From contig NMRA01000199.1 in NCBI GenBank assembly GCA_002633005.1, positions 645,950-709,949 of the forward strand: a stretch of DNA of 64,000 nt, read 5' to 3'. The notes beneath the pieces were generated by a model that worked only from the letters and a program-made list of their open reading frames with translations, had not been told where the DNA came from and did no database searches. Below are positions 37,893 to 52,400 of the stretch, one piece after another (the first letter of the stretch is position 1; every line of letters begins with the position of its first letter). The translations under genes were made by a program, and so were the position numbers. The stretch is from Phoronis australis. Taxonomy: Eukaryota > Animalia > Phoronida.

Positions 37893-40479
37893 TCCAGAGA
37901 TTTTTAATTTATACAGACTTTGGAAAAGATAAAGGCATAAGTTGTGGCATTTTGGGATCATGAGCCTACAATTCCATTATGACCAAAATGAACGCACACA
38001 ACAAATAAATGGACTAGAACAGTATTAATTATCAGCCACCACACCTAAAATACTTAAATGAAATTAAATGATATAAATCTCATGTAAAAACATTAAACAT
38101 CAATTGCAATATTCATAATTAAATACAAAAAGTAATTCCGCATCTTGGTTAATATAATTTTATAACTTTAATACTAAAATCCTTGTATACACCTCCTCAC
38201 AAGAAACTAATACAAGACATACAACAAACAATCCATTGAAGGACAAAGTAAGCAGCCAAACAATTTTTCCAATAACAGTTTAAGATCCCCAAATATCATT
38301 TTTATAAGGAATGTAATACAAGCAAATAGTTTAATTTTAATCATCACATTTAGTGTTAATAATCAATAAAAAACTTGAAGCAACAAAGAAATTCCTATTC
38401 TTAACAGCTTTCTCTGCAACTTCATAAAATTAAGTGAAACAAAAGTACTTCTACTGAATCGAATAACAATTTCCAGTATTGGCTTGTTTAGTATAATGTC
38501 ATTTTGACATTTTGGACCCAGTGAAATCAAATTAAAATGCTAAAATTAAAAACAATAACAATAACAATAATTAGGCCAGAATTACGTATCACGACAAATT
38601 ACTAAGGCTTTGGAAATTTTAACCTGGCTATGGAGCTGATCAATCTCACTCCTTCTCAAATTTCCAGGAGCACACAATGTGTGCAATGGTTGCCAGAGAA
38701 CACACATTAATCCAAACACATAATTCTAAAAACCATTCAAACGCAAAAATTTACCCCACAGTTGCCTCAATCAAAAAAAAAATAAAGCCCTGCAAAATAT
38801 TAGAAACTGCGATGTGACTGCATTTCTATTCGTATTTGTAGGTCCAAATTTCGCCATAATAGTGGCAGATATGTCATCATTGTACTATGGAAGAGGAGAC
38901 TAGATTCAGGGATACTGCTGGCTTCCGGCTCACATTATAGAGTGCAACAACAGCATTGTTCCATGCTAACCTGATACCATTGTAACAACAAGTGATATAT
39001 CGAAGTCATTGTAGCTACATGACATCTTGGCTGGACTGCAGTGATATCTTGAAACTATGGCAGCAATATGTTATATTTTGATTTCATTGTATGGACATGT
39101 GGTGCCTTAATTTCATTTCAATAACATGTAATATCTCCTTACCATCTAACAAAACGTGATATCATAAATTCATGACATTATAGTGTCAATGTAGAAACAC
39201 ACAATATCAAAAGCAATACCTGATGTCTTAATTTCACAATATTATAATATCAATGTAGCAACACAGGATATCTTAATATCATGTCAACCCCATGCCATAT
39301 CCTAATGCGATGTCCCGATGCCATTGTTATGATATAAGATATCCTGGTGTACCAGTAGCCATGCATATCTTGATGATGATACAGAAAGGACATGAGGACT
39401 CGACAAAATTGTTGCCATTATGTATAACTTTCATAAAACATTGCCTAGAAATGCAAAAATACACCAAGTACCCTTGTAACACAATACAAAATTTTACACT
39501 CCTATTGTCCAGTGTCATGTAGTAAGAGACCAAACCTTTGGTTTATCTACCTGAGTCTTGTTTTGACAGCTGACATTACATAAAAACAACTTAAATCATG
39601 TACAGTTACTTGAAAATCCTCCTGAATAAATAAGTTACGAAATCTGGTTAAAAAGTTTTTTTTTGCAATACTTCATAATATAAACAATGTCTTGGTTAAC
39701 TTACTAGCTGAATTCGGCAAAATTAGCTAAACGGCGTAATGGGAAGAACAAGTTTTTAAACTAATGACAAACCCTGTACATGTCCTGAGTGACGGTGTGC
39801 TGATAATTACTGTCCATTTGATTCATTGTAATGTGGGCCGGTGGACTTAACAAGAAATTAAAACATTGCATGGCACAAAGGTGAATATGTCGGACATGCA
39901 CTGGATCTTAAGGTGAAATTACACGAAACAAAAACTGGTTAAGTTAAAGTTGCCAACTTCAAACTTGAAGAAAATGAGTCTAAGGCAGAAGTAACAATGA
40001 AAGTTAGTAATCAATGAACTTCATTCGCTCTAAGAAGTTAAAACATATACAATTACAAATGTTACCTTGACGTACTGTAGATTTCCTATACAAAAGCAAA
40101 GGTTTGAGATCATAAATGTTACTGGCTTAAGTATAAGGAGTTCCAGGAATTTGTAATTAGAAAGTGGTAGGTTAAAAACAATATCTAAGTGATTTAGTGT
40201 GCTTTCACAGCCCCAGAACTTGTCACTTTTAAGACAAAGCAAGACTGAGACAAATCAATACAAGGCCTGTGACACCCTCTACGGGACATAGCACAGTCAC
40301 AGAAAAGTGAAAGTGTCACATGCCATAAATTGTGTCTTCTAACGACACAAAAATCATGACACTCCAGAGGAATCACATACATATCTCAAGATGGATGTCG
40401 TACCAGGCGTGGTGCACTAGAAACGACCTCAACAAACCACTTTGCTACATTCCCATGCCTGATAACTCAGGGTGGTTGT

Positions 40480-43400
40480 CTAAAGCTCTGAAGAATATGT
40501 GGTGCTAGAGACATGGGCGAGTGGCGAATGCCCTCGACTCTGAGAGTTGCTGCGACCGAGTAGACTTGTCTGGCGCTTCACTTTCTCATTATCAACGTCC
40601 TCTCCCTTTTCATCCTGTATCTTTGCAAACTGCAGGAAAACCTAAACACAAACAAAAACAACGATAGAATGAAAGCCATTAAAAAAGAAATGAAAAGTTT
40701 CCTTAAAGTTCAATTAACGCACTCCCAGACTGATTTACTTCTGAAACGAGGATGAAGATTTTCTGACCTAACCCCACGCTTATCGTGAGCGATTGAATTC
40801 AAAGCAGATTTCAGAGTGGTGAATGGTTTACAGTAAGTGGAAATGAGAGCCTATCTGTGCTTACCTGCTCCAAAGTGCACTGGCTGAAGCTGTACTGTTC
40901 GATGTGGTAGTGACGTTTACCTTCCTCCATTGCTCGGAACACCGTGGACAGCGAGCTCACGTCCTCCTGAGGAATCTTGTAAGTCATCCAGTCACTGAAG
41001 AACTCTGCACGAGCACACTGCGGGAAAAGTTGTGTTACATACTCATGGCAGGCATCCAGGTGGCGCTTCAGCTCCTCGGGATAGTCGTCGCTACCTTCTA
41101 TCTTCACCTCCAGGATGTAACCACTGCCGTACTTATTTTTGAGGTGCTGGGAGGAACCGACACACCTGTTGGAGAAAGAATGAAACAAATCTGTTTTGAT
41201 TCACTACACCAAGGAAATGTGCTCCGATGGTTCTTGTCTATAAATGGGAAGGAGGTACTGTTACACAGTCAACATCCAGAGCATAGCTGGGCAGTGGGGG
41301 AGATAGGAACCTGAGAAAAAAACAACCAACTCGAGTACATAACAAGACTACCTGCATCCTCATCGCCACAATGCCCACTTACCCAGCAAAAGGATACCAC
41401 AAAACTAAATTACCCAACTGAGGCAATACTGCAAAGCTAAAATACCCACTGTTACAAGGTCCTTAATTACTCAACCACCGAAGTCAAAATAACCTTCTGA
41501 GACAGTATCACATCACAAAATTAAATTACCCTTCTGAGGTCACACTGCAAAAACTGAAATACCTACCCATGACTACGCCAGAAAACTAATTTATCTGCTA
41601 GAGACAGTAATACAAATTACCCTCCTGACACAATACATCAAAACCGAATAGCCCAACTGAGATGATTACCCACCCAACATGATGCCAAAGAAGCCAAATT
41701 ACCCAATGGAAACCATGCCACAAAGCTAAATTACCCACTTGAAATAATACCGTGAAGCCAATTTATCCAACTGAGATGATATCAAAAAGCCAACAGCCGC
41801 CCAGGACAACACCTGAGAGGGGAAAACACCCAGTTGAGGTGTCAGCGCAACCTACTGACCCATTTTACAAAAGGTGATTACTCACTCCATCCTGCCGTTG
41901 ACCATAATGGCGATTCTGTTACACAGAGCGTCTGCCTCCTCCATGTAGTGCGTGGTTAGAATGGCACCGCGGCTGCTCTGGTGAAAACTGTGAGCGATGG
42001 TGTCCCTGAGAAGTGTGATCATCATTAACATGACTGATGTTATTAACCAATAAGAGCAAGCCAGGCAAAACGTTGAAATACACCCATGACTGCATGGCTA
42101 ATAATGTGCTTCTGAGAGTGTTCACTTGTAACATGTATCATAATTAGACAAATTTGACCACTATCGTATCAAAGCTTAAACTACCTGGGCCGGGACCGTT
42201 TCATGAAAACTGACTTAAGACCAAAAATTTGTCTAAGTTAAGACTAAAGACGAAAAATCAGATAAGACCATTTCATGAACACAAAGTCAGACTTTGTTGT
42301 TCCGAATTGGTCTTAACTTGGATAGAAATTATTGTTTTTGACATAGGTGAGCATACAAGCAATGCTTTCGTCACCTGCTGCAAATTCACAAAACTAAGTG
42401 AGGTGGTGAGTGAAATACGTTTTAAAGAATAACCGTGGTCTTGAAACTTTCAATGGAGATTTATTTATTGTTTGCTTGAAAAGATGCTAGTATATATGGA
42501 AAATATAATTTCACATGTGCCGATAAGTTGGATTGCTTGGTCGCTATGGCATTAGCCAGTTCTCGAATCGAAAGCAGATGACCGTGAATTTGACATTATT
42601 TAGGGACATCAGAATGTGAAAAATATCAATGATATTTGTTCCTCAACAGTTTACACAGAGATTGTCATAAAAAATTTGGCCATTTAACATTCTTAAGCCA
42701 ACTCTTTAGCAGGCTAACAATCAGTCTTAGCTTAGAGACTTCAGTCTTAATTTTTGTCTTAAGAAATTGCATTAAAGAGGCTAAGACATTTTGGTCTAAG
42801 GTAAGCAGATTTTGGTCAAAGTTAAGACAGAAAAAGTTCCATGAAACAGCCCACAGGTACTGTTGCACCCTAGCCATGCACATCTCTGACAATGTCCATC
42901 GAAAATCTGCGGACCCAATTTGACAATGACCTACTAGATGCTGGTGAGTCTCAGCAATAAAACCTTGCGCTAAATTTCAAAAAATACATGGCAATCCATT
43001 TTGACAAACAGCAACAGACTGTACAAACTGATACCAGACGCAAGGTCTGACTGCTGCTAATTCTGGCATTGCAAAAACGGCGGTGCTGTCATTTTTCAAA
43101 TGCATTGTGAATGTTTGTAGGCTCATTAACATCAGGTGACATCACAGATAACTTAGAGATATGCAAACAATATGACGAAAACAATACTTGTCACCTGAGC
43201 ATACCAGAATTGAAAGCATGGGTCGAGTGCATGCAACATGCTATTTTGTGAGAGGACAACTAAGCAACCACCATACAAAAATAAAAGTTTGAAAGTGAGT
43301 CTCGAAAAGCATCGAATTTTACAGATCACGCTGTAGTTACCTAAAGCGCCATCTAAGGTGCAAATTAAAAATCAGATTGCACGACCTCAAGTTGTCTGTG

Positions 43401-46400
43401 CTGTCACCGGATCTTTGCAAGCCGATAACTGTCCCATAATGCATTTGAGAAACAACAGCAACATCATAGATGAAATCCCCCGAATTGGAGAGACAGTCAA
43501 TTAAGGCTGTCGTATTGAAAACATTTATCCGAAACACTACAAATATAAAACATGTACAATTATGAAGGTACATCAACAGCAAATATCAAAATTTCTGCTG
43601 ACAACTCACCACAGAAATCTCTTGGACCTTGGATCCATTCCAGTGGATGGTTCGTCTAACAACACAATCTTGGGATCCCCCAACATACTCATGGCATAAC
43701 TCAACTGGAAAGCAAGTAGCAGCCATTAATTTCAAATCCACGTACTCCAAAAGAGACAAACTCTCTTCTGAATAAAAATCAGCAAAATTTCAAGTTTAAA
43801 CCAAGTACAATGGGCACATTGTAAGCCCTTTTACCATTACAGTCCAGTGTGTACAAGTAAGAAACCAACGAAAGTTGATCTATATGGACATTAAATGATG
43901 ACGTGCCTGCCACTCAGACCTGATTTGGACCCGCAAACAGGAATAGAAATTTAGTCAAATCACATCCTAAAAAAATCTTGGATTTTCCCCATTCAGATAA
44001 CCACAGAGGCATTTCAGAACAAGAAATCAAGTGTCTTAACAGATTAATCAGCGTTCGTCGACAATGGTTGCCCCCACAGTAGTAAGACTGCGTGGCCAGG
44101 TCCATAGCCCGCTAATAACTGTTACAGTGCTTAGTAATTTACAGCGCTACTTAAACCTGACCAGCTATTATTATTCCTTTTGACTTCATAAAAATGACAT
44201 GATACTAAACCCTTGAACAGCGATGAGTAATGGTGAACTATACCTTTCTCTTTGTTCCACCCGATAGATCACGAGCCTGTTTGTCCTTGTGCTCCTCAAT
44301 ACCCAATTCTGACATGTAACTATAAGTGAGGAGAACGCATTAATAATACTGTGGAATACGCATTATTACTAAAAATCATTAAAAAATAATAACTTAAAAT
44401 TCATGATGAGAATCCAGTTTGTGCAAGACCTGGGTAAGAGGGATGCAATCTCTGTACTTGAAACTGGACCCAAAAATTGACCAATGGAATGAAACGTGAT
44501 TGAGAAAGTTTCGAGTCTTGAGAAACATAATAAGCCCCAAATGGTTAGGATGTGTTTATTTCGCTATATGATTGTTAACTTATTTTAGACATGGACGCAC
44601 GCACACACGGAATGACAGTTAAAAGTACTTACTATTTAGCAATATTTGCCGCCTCATCGTAAGGCACGCCGTGAATGAGCGAATAAACTTCGACATGTTC
44701 CTCGGCAGTGATTCGTTCCCACAATGCATCGTGCTGAGGACAGTAACCCATGACACTGAATGCTTCCGACATGCTTGAGTGAACATTAAAACCACCTGCA
44801 GTGACCTGCAATTAAGTTTGAATGCCATGGCTGCATGAAAGTTGGACTCACAACTATGACAGATTTTGCAAAATTGAAAAAAATTGGTCACTAAAAATGC
44901 AAATCAATTGGGACTTACAAATATGTTTCCAGAATGAAAAATGTACTTCGCTCCAAAAAGACTGAAGTATTAACTTTTTTCTTAGAAGCAATGCTCTCTT
45001 TAAAATTGTGACATTTCAGTTGTTAGCTCAGGTATGATGATCATTTAAGAAGACACGCAATAACTGGCGATCAGTCCAGATGAACAGCAATACTTAAAGA
45101 AAATATCCCTTTTATTCGCCAACTAAAACTAATAATACCAGGTTATGCAATCACACACAGCATGTCTAAACATTTCCATGCCATGATCAAACTGAATTCC
45201 ATCACTAAACAATCCCAGTATCACTAAGTAAAAAAGACCATCGCAATGCAATCCAATGGGCAACTTGAAAGTTTCTAAGTGGAGCTTGCACAACAACTAT
45301 TGTACAAATACATCACATGAACAAATACATGAATTCAATTAGTCACACGGTACTTTTATCTCACTAACGCACCCAAGCTGAATATCAAGAGCAAGCTTCA
45401 GCCACTATGCAGTCAATAGCTGTAGGTAACCGTTCAATTCGTTTCTAATGGTATCAATTAATGTAATCATGGCAAAGAAAACTTTGAGACCAAAATCACG
45501 GAGTTTATTACCCACTTTGGCGGTTTGCTTGATTTTTTTCAAGGAAATAGCCATGTTAATGACACAAACCTGTCCTACATCTGGCGCCGTGTCTGCTATC
45601 ACCATGTTCAGCGTTGTCGTCTTGCCAGCACCGTTGGGTCCCAGCAGTCCAAACACTTCACCTGGCATCACCGCAAATGACACATTCTTTACAGCAACAT
45701 GGGTCTGGAAAAATCCGTTGAGCAAATGCGCCATTAATGCTACTGAAATTTGTTGCAACAGGCTGAAGACTGAAACATCAGAGAAGTGTGAATAATTCAA
45801 CTTTAAAGAAACCAAACTAACACGTAAGTGCGTGATCAGAGATTGCTACAAAGAGCAGCAAAACAAACTAAAATGTTTATATTACAATAATCAATTACTG
45901 ACAGAAATAGGTTGTAGTTAATGTTTATCATTATTTAAAACCCAGGAATGGAAAATGAAATGAGGGAGATTTTAACAGACAACAGGTGCTAAGACGTATA
46001 TTACCAATCATATTCCCAAACAACAATTAAATAATACAAATTATGCAAACATAAAAGTTATTGTAACAAATGGTAGTCAGACAAAATAAAAAGCAACATC
46101 CCATCAACATAACCACTCGAAGTGATCAAGCTTCAGTTTAGAAAACATCACCCTTTTATGAATTTTCAACAAACACGAACGGGGACAAATAATTATGAAA
46201 AATTTTCGTAAACGGAAAATTTGGCAATTATTTTTGTTCAAATTAAAAAAAAGATTCTTCCATATGGTCACCTTTGCAAAAGTATTAACTTGCCATGTTT
46301 TATGTAAGAAACAATTTGGAAATTAATTTTACCCACAGACAGCTCTAAGTACTAACCCAGAATGCAATGCTACATGGAGAGAAGATAAAACAAGCCAACA

Positions 46401-49400
46401 CTGTAAACATTCACATCAAACAAACAACAAAGACTAAACATACATACCAGTTCATCCTTTGGTTAAAATCATGAATAATCAATGAAAGTGCATAGAGTGA
46501 TTCTGACTGTGGTGGCAAAATGAAGTGAAAAATGTACGGTGCTCATAAATTTGAAAGACAGAGGATGAAACTATTCCCCTCTAACTCCAACAAATTGAGT
46601 ACCGAGTCATACGTCAAAATACCAAAAAGCAGAAAATAACATAAAAATGCATTATTTATAGCTAGAACACCGCAGAACCCGTGTCCAAATGCTTTCCAAA
46701 GAGATACCGGTGGGACACCCATTTGAGAGAAGCAACAATAAACTTATAGCGAGTACAGTATATACCGTTACATTGTTCAGTCATACATTTTCCAAATGAT
46801 CAGACACAATCAAAAAATAATCTGCAGCTTTTGTGCCTGCTTTAGTACACGTCGTATGCTTGACTGTATACATTGTACATTGAATATACACCGTATGTTT
46901 GACTACATACATGCAATGTTTGACTGTATATATCGTACACTTGACTGTATACATCCTGTTTGACTATATAAACCGTATATACTGACCTTAAATCGATTCG
47001 TCAAAAGTACTGAGTAAGTTTTATATCCTAAAGATGACGTCATGTTGTATAACGTTCAAATTTGTGCTAAGTGGTTAGTACTATATTGAGATTAATGAAT
47101 ATGCAGCATCTGAGACAATAACTCACTGGTAGAAACATTGGGAGTTGGATTATTTATCTTATATCTGGCACTGAGGTTTCGTTTTCTAAACTCTCACACA
47201 AACAGTTGCTACAAATATAAATTCATTAATATACCTGCTGTTTCTTGGTCTTCTTATCTCTTTCACTCTTTTTGAACGACTTCCGTAAATTCAGAACCTT
47301 GACTACTGGGGTCTGAAAAAAGATTAAAAACATTAACCTTCAAACCAAACACCATTGTCCAACACTTTCAGTTGTGACAACAGCCAATAACTCTAAATTG
47401 GTTGAAACCTTAGTCCCAGTCAGAATAAATATTGATCACGTAATCTGTGGGAAAATGTTATTTCCATCACTACCTTTTAGCAGGCCTTTATGCAACATAC
47501 ATCCTGGGCGTCCATTTGGATGCCCTAATACACTAATCTGGACGCCCTGGTAAAGACACCCAATGTATCATTTGGACTCCCACTGTCATTAGGAATCTTT
47601 CAACTTTTGACTCACACATTGTAATGAATACTAGGAAGCCTCTGAAGGCTCACAGTCGGGGCTCTTTTTCAAAGCAGTAAGAAATATACAATGTATATAC
47701 AACGTGTATAAAATGTTGCTATGCTCACACTTGGTTGATAGCATTGTAAGTCTTGGTCTACAGTTTTTTTAGTAAAAATGCTCACTACAGTAGGCTGTTT
47801 TATTTGTAAACTTAGATGTAAAAACAGCTTGGTCTATGCATTTTTTTGTAAAAAAATCTGTGTGTTTGGGGGGATTGCTGAGGGTGGGGGGGTTACGAGT
47901 CGGAATCATGGACGCCCTGGAATATAGGGAACCCCATTTTGGACACCCTATTTTCAAAATCCTGGATAAAGGCCTGCCACTTAGTCTTGTACTTTTAATT
48001 GTGGCGTTACACTAAGAATAGCATTACAGTCACAGAGTGTTACTATTTTGTGACCCTGGTCGTGACAAGAGTAAACAACCACATGATGGCTCAAGGGCAA
48101 AATGACAGCCAGTGATGTGATAAGATTATGTCGGGTGGGTTTTCGTCAAACGTTAGTTAAGGGAATTATCATAATTACCCATCAGTTTTAAAAATTGTCA
48201 GATGGAATTTGGCAGTGAAGGTAATGGGTCTGTTTCAGTTTGTTGAATAAGAATTTGCCTCTATATATACAGGTTTCAACTAGCAACGATTTCTGGGCTG
48301 CAGAAATACTTCACTAACAGTGTTGTGTTATGCTTGCCACCATGCTGGGCCACTTCTTTACAAGACTTTGGTGACTAAGGAACAATTTGATACCAATGTA
48401 ACAATGGTAAGTGGTTGAATCAAAACTTCTTGCCACAGAAATCAGGGTTATAACCACTTTAGTGAAGACCAAGGCATATGACAGGTCACATGACAGGTCA
48501 CATGACAGGTCACATGATAGGTCACATGATAAGTTACATGACAATCACATGATAATCATTGTTGCTGATACAATGTAGTTAACAAATATTTTGTAAAACG
48601 GGTGACACTGAGGAGACGCCAAGTCATCTGGAGGACAGCCAGACACCCAAGGAAGTGAATCGCGCAAGAACTGACTAAAACAGTCCAACAACAGTCCACT
48701 AGCCATACAAGGGTTGCTTGTTCGACCGAATATTTGTGGCCTGTACTGATCATGGCATGTGGACTGAAGGGTCCTAATATTGTTACGTAGGTGATTCTAT
48801 CATCAGTATGATGTAGACTGACATGCAAGTTAAGAAACTGATCTCACTGGTTATCTTCATGTCTTTGAATGTTATTTAGAACAAAAACAATGATGAAATC
48901 GTTTCCATTGAGACACCTTTTGGCAAAAATGTCCACAATTTTCAAGCTACAATTCGAAAACGATATGTTTGGCCTGGCTACAAAACATACGTTTAGACGA
49001 AATGTCTCCCAGTTTCAAGCCACACTTAAAAAATAGTGTTTGAGCGGGCTCCAAAACAGCTTTCAAGCATCAAAAATCTACATCATTTGCAAGCTACAAT
49101 TAAAAAATTACAAGTGTTTGGACTGGCCACTAAACCCGGATAAACAAAACTGATGAACGGCGCAGAAGGCACAAACTAGTACAGCAGTCTCATATACTGT
49201 ACTGAGTCACTGCAAGTGCTCACCTTCTCATCTGCAGAACTGCCATCCATGGACAGGACTCTCTGACGTTCCTCTGCCACATCTTCATCCTCTTCTTCTG
49301 GGATATCCTGGTTGTCTGTGTCAAGTGTGTGCACCATTGCACCACTCACGCAGCTACGGTCACAACACTTGACATTGCCACCAGAGGTCTCTCTTAGGTC

Positions 49401-52400
49401 CAAGAATTTCCAGAGGAAGAACATCCACGGTATGTGGATGATCGACTGTAAAGAGTTTTGGGAATTTGATTTTGACGTCACATCATTCAGTGATGGGCAT
49501 TATCAAAGAAGAGAACACCTTGGCTCCCACGTTTACCAAAAATCATTAAATTCGGTTCCGTGAATATGTGGCTATGTTTTCTACCATTCACAGAAAAGGG
49601 TCGAAAGCTAAGACCTTGCAATGTATTGAAATTGTGAAACAAACTATGGAGATAACAGAAACTTACATACACCGTAATTAATGGCAATATGATTAACAAC
49701 AGCACTGAAATTCACTATAATATTTCATCAAAACTGTGAAAAAAGTGTACAATCAGAGCAGATGAATAACTTACCGCAATAATGACGATGATGATGCCAG
49801 CCTCCCATTCAAAGTAGGCAGAGAAGGGAACAGGCACGTCGCCATTCTTGAACTTATAATTGTTATGCACCTACAACATCAAATGTTCATTGTCATGGAG
49901 CTAATGAAAACTGTATTACCAATGGACACATCCGGTACACATGTACTCACACAGGTTATAACACAGTGCAGACACTTCCTATACAAAGTGATATTACGTG
50001 GCTGGCCGACATACAAGTTGGCATCAATAGGACCAGTGACAAACCAGCTGACACTGGGAATGGAAATGAGGTTATTGAATTTCAATACATTTTCTATTTT
50101 AACAATCTTGCTCAGAAGATTTATGACAGCAACCAACTGTTGTCAAGGGAAAGTAAATTTTAGGAATTTTTGGCAGCAGATAATACTCAATGCTAAAAAT
50201 ATAACAGTGGGTCACCAACCAGAATATCTGCTTAGAAAGTGTACGTCTCAGCACCACAGAGCAAATGTCAGTGGTTTGAATGTTGCTGTGTTTCAGAGCC
50301 TTAATGACAATAGACAATTGTTCGAAAAGAAGGACGTCAAAATCTTAGACACAGAGCGTCGTGGTTCGGGAGGGGTGTAAAACATTAAGCACCTCTCCCT
50401 GAATAAACATGTTGACATGAGATTTAAATCACCCTACTCGTGGTTTCGGGCCCCAGAATTGTTGTACAAAAACCCACAAGTGGGTGTCACAATGTTTAGA
50501 GGAATCTGGCAATTACTGTTCTTCAGTAAAAATCACCAATTAACTCCACAACAAGGGGGGACAATTCCAGAAGATCTATCTCTTCATCAATAGTTATTTT
50601 TATTATTAATAAATTATAAAAAAAAAAAATTACAAACAATAAGCCACATGTCTACCCTTAAAGAGAGACAGCTACAACTGGAAATTATTTCACATTCAAT
50701 TTGACTGACTAACTTCCTAACGTCTGTATGCTAAGCACTGTTCTTATGATAATACTTAACATGATATCAACATTGAAGATTTAGAGACGCAGTAGAGGAA
50801 CGGTGTCAAGAAGACCCTGTTTCACTGATTTCACGCAAAATAATGTTCACAGTGAGGTTCAAATTACAGTTCATGCATACGAGTGTAGTTTCGTGTACAC
50901 GAACGACAACAATTACCCCTCTACAATTATTACACTCCGCCGAGTGATGAAAGGTTAGCATTTTTTATATCCCATACGCGTTACCATTCTTTTCATCTTT
51001 GTTATCTCTTTTCAAGTAATAAATCGTTCATTTAAAACTGTTCTTTTACAAGAGAAAACTTGCAACCCGCCGCGCAAGTACATACATATAGGATGTGATC
51101 CGGCACGTGAACAGTTTGAGTGAAGCATTTAAAAAAATCTGCGGAAAAAATGAAAGAATCATAGGAACTCGAAGCGTATGGGATAAATACAAAACGTACC
51201 TCGAATGACGTACATGAAGTAATATCCCACGCCACTCTCGGTACGTTTTGTGTATACATCAAAATTCAGCTGTAACGCTTCCTTATTGGATTTTACAGTG
51301 ATCATACTCTACACTCACCAATTCAGTCACTTCCAGACTAACTCTGAGATTAAACAGTCTTTGAAAGAGAATTCAAGCTAATTCTACACTTAAGAGGGTT
51401 GATAAGGGTAACAGAGCATTACTCTGTTTCAAAGAGTTCTCCAGTGGAGCAGCGTCTAAGCTAAAACAGGATGTAACAGCGGTTTGGACTCACATCCAAA
51501 ATAGCCTGAAGAGAACCATACGGTATGTAGACAGGGTCTATGATACAAAAAGCCACGTGGAGGTACTGCTTGATCACAGTGATGGTTTCGCTGCCACCCA
51601 AACCCAAGAGCCCTGTGACCATAAATGGCAACATAGCAATCTGAAATTATGAAAAATTTGTAGGAATCTTAGAGCTGAGGAAATCATTGATGGTAAGAAC
51701 AGCTCACTAGGTATTGATCAGTCTCACATACACAAATTTCTTCATATATAAAAAACAATTACATGTACAAATTGGGCAAAATTCGGAACACCATAACTCA
51801 ACAACGGCTCATTGGATTCATATGAAATACTCAATAACCATGCTTTATGTACTCTTGTCAAAAACGAAGTTAGGAATTGTTTTTAAAATGCTTTACTTTT
51901 GCATGAGAGGCTACCAAAAATAGTAGCATATAATGAAATAATTTAGAAAACTGTAACAGTGTTTTTGGGATTTTAATTTTTACATCAAACAAAATTTCCC
52001 CTTCTACTTGTTACCTTTGTTTTCATGAGAATTCACTTTTCTTTTTTGCTTAAAAGTTTATTAAGAACACATGGCTACGTGACTCAATCACTGGACGATT
52101 GGTATTAACTTTCAGAACATATACTTTTACCTAGTTAGAATATACAGTTTAATAGATGTTTGGCACAAAGCACAGACTTGTCAATAAGCTAATAGATCAC
52201 ATTAAATGTAGGGTAAATGTGAGGAATACTTACCCAAATGAACAGATTTGGAAGTACACTTTCAAGGGTCTCTTTTTTTTGAAATGCATACGAGAAGATG
52301 TAGATAAAGATAATGTTCAGATACGGGGCAAACAACAGGCTGACAATGATCAAGCAAAAGATGGCGCCGCCGTTGTCTAGTCCAGCAGGCTGAAAATAAC

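Noticed and set aside
49865-50380. 171-aa plus-strand ORF as a nested gene
   Set aside because: Only its end resembles a decayed Penelope endonuclease; the rest looks like chance open frame in an intron.
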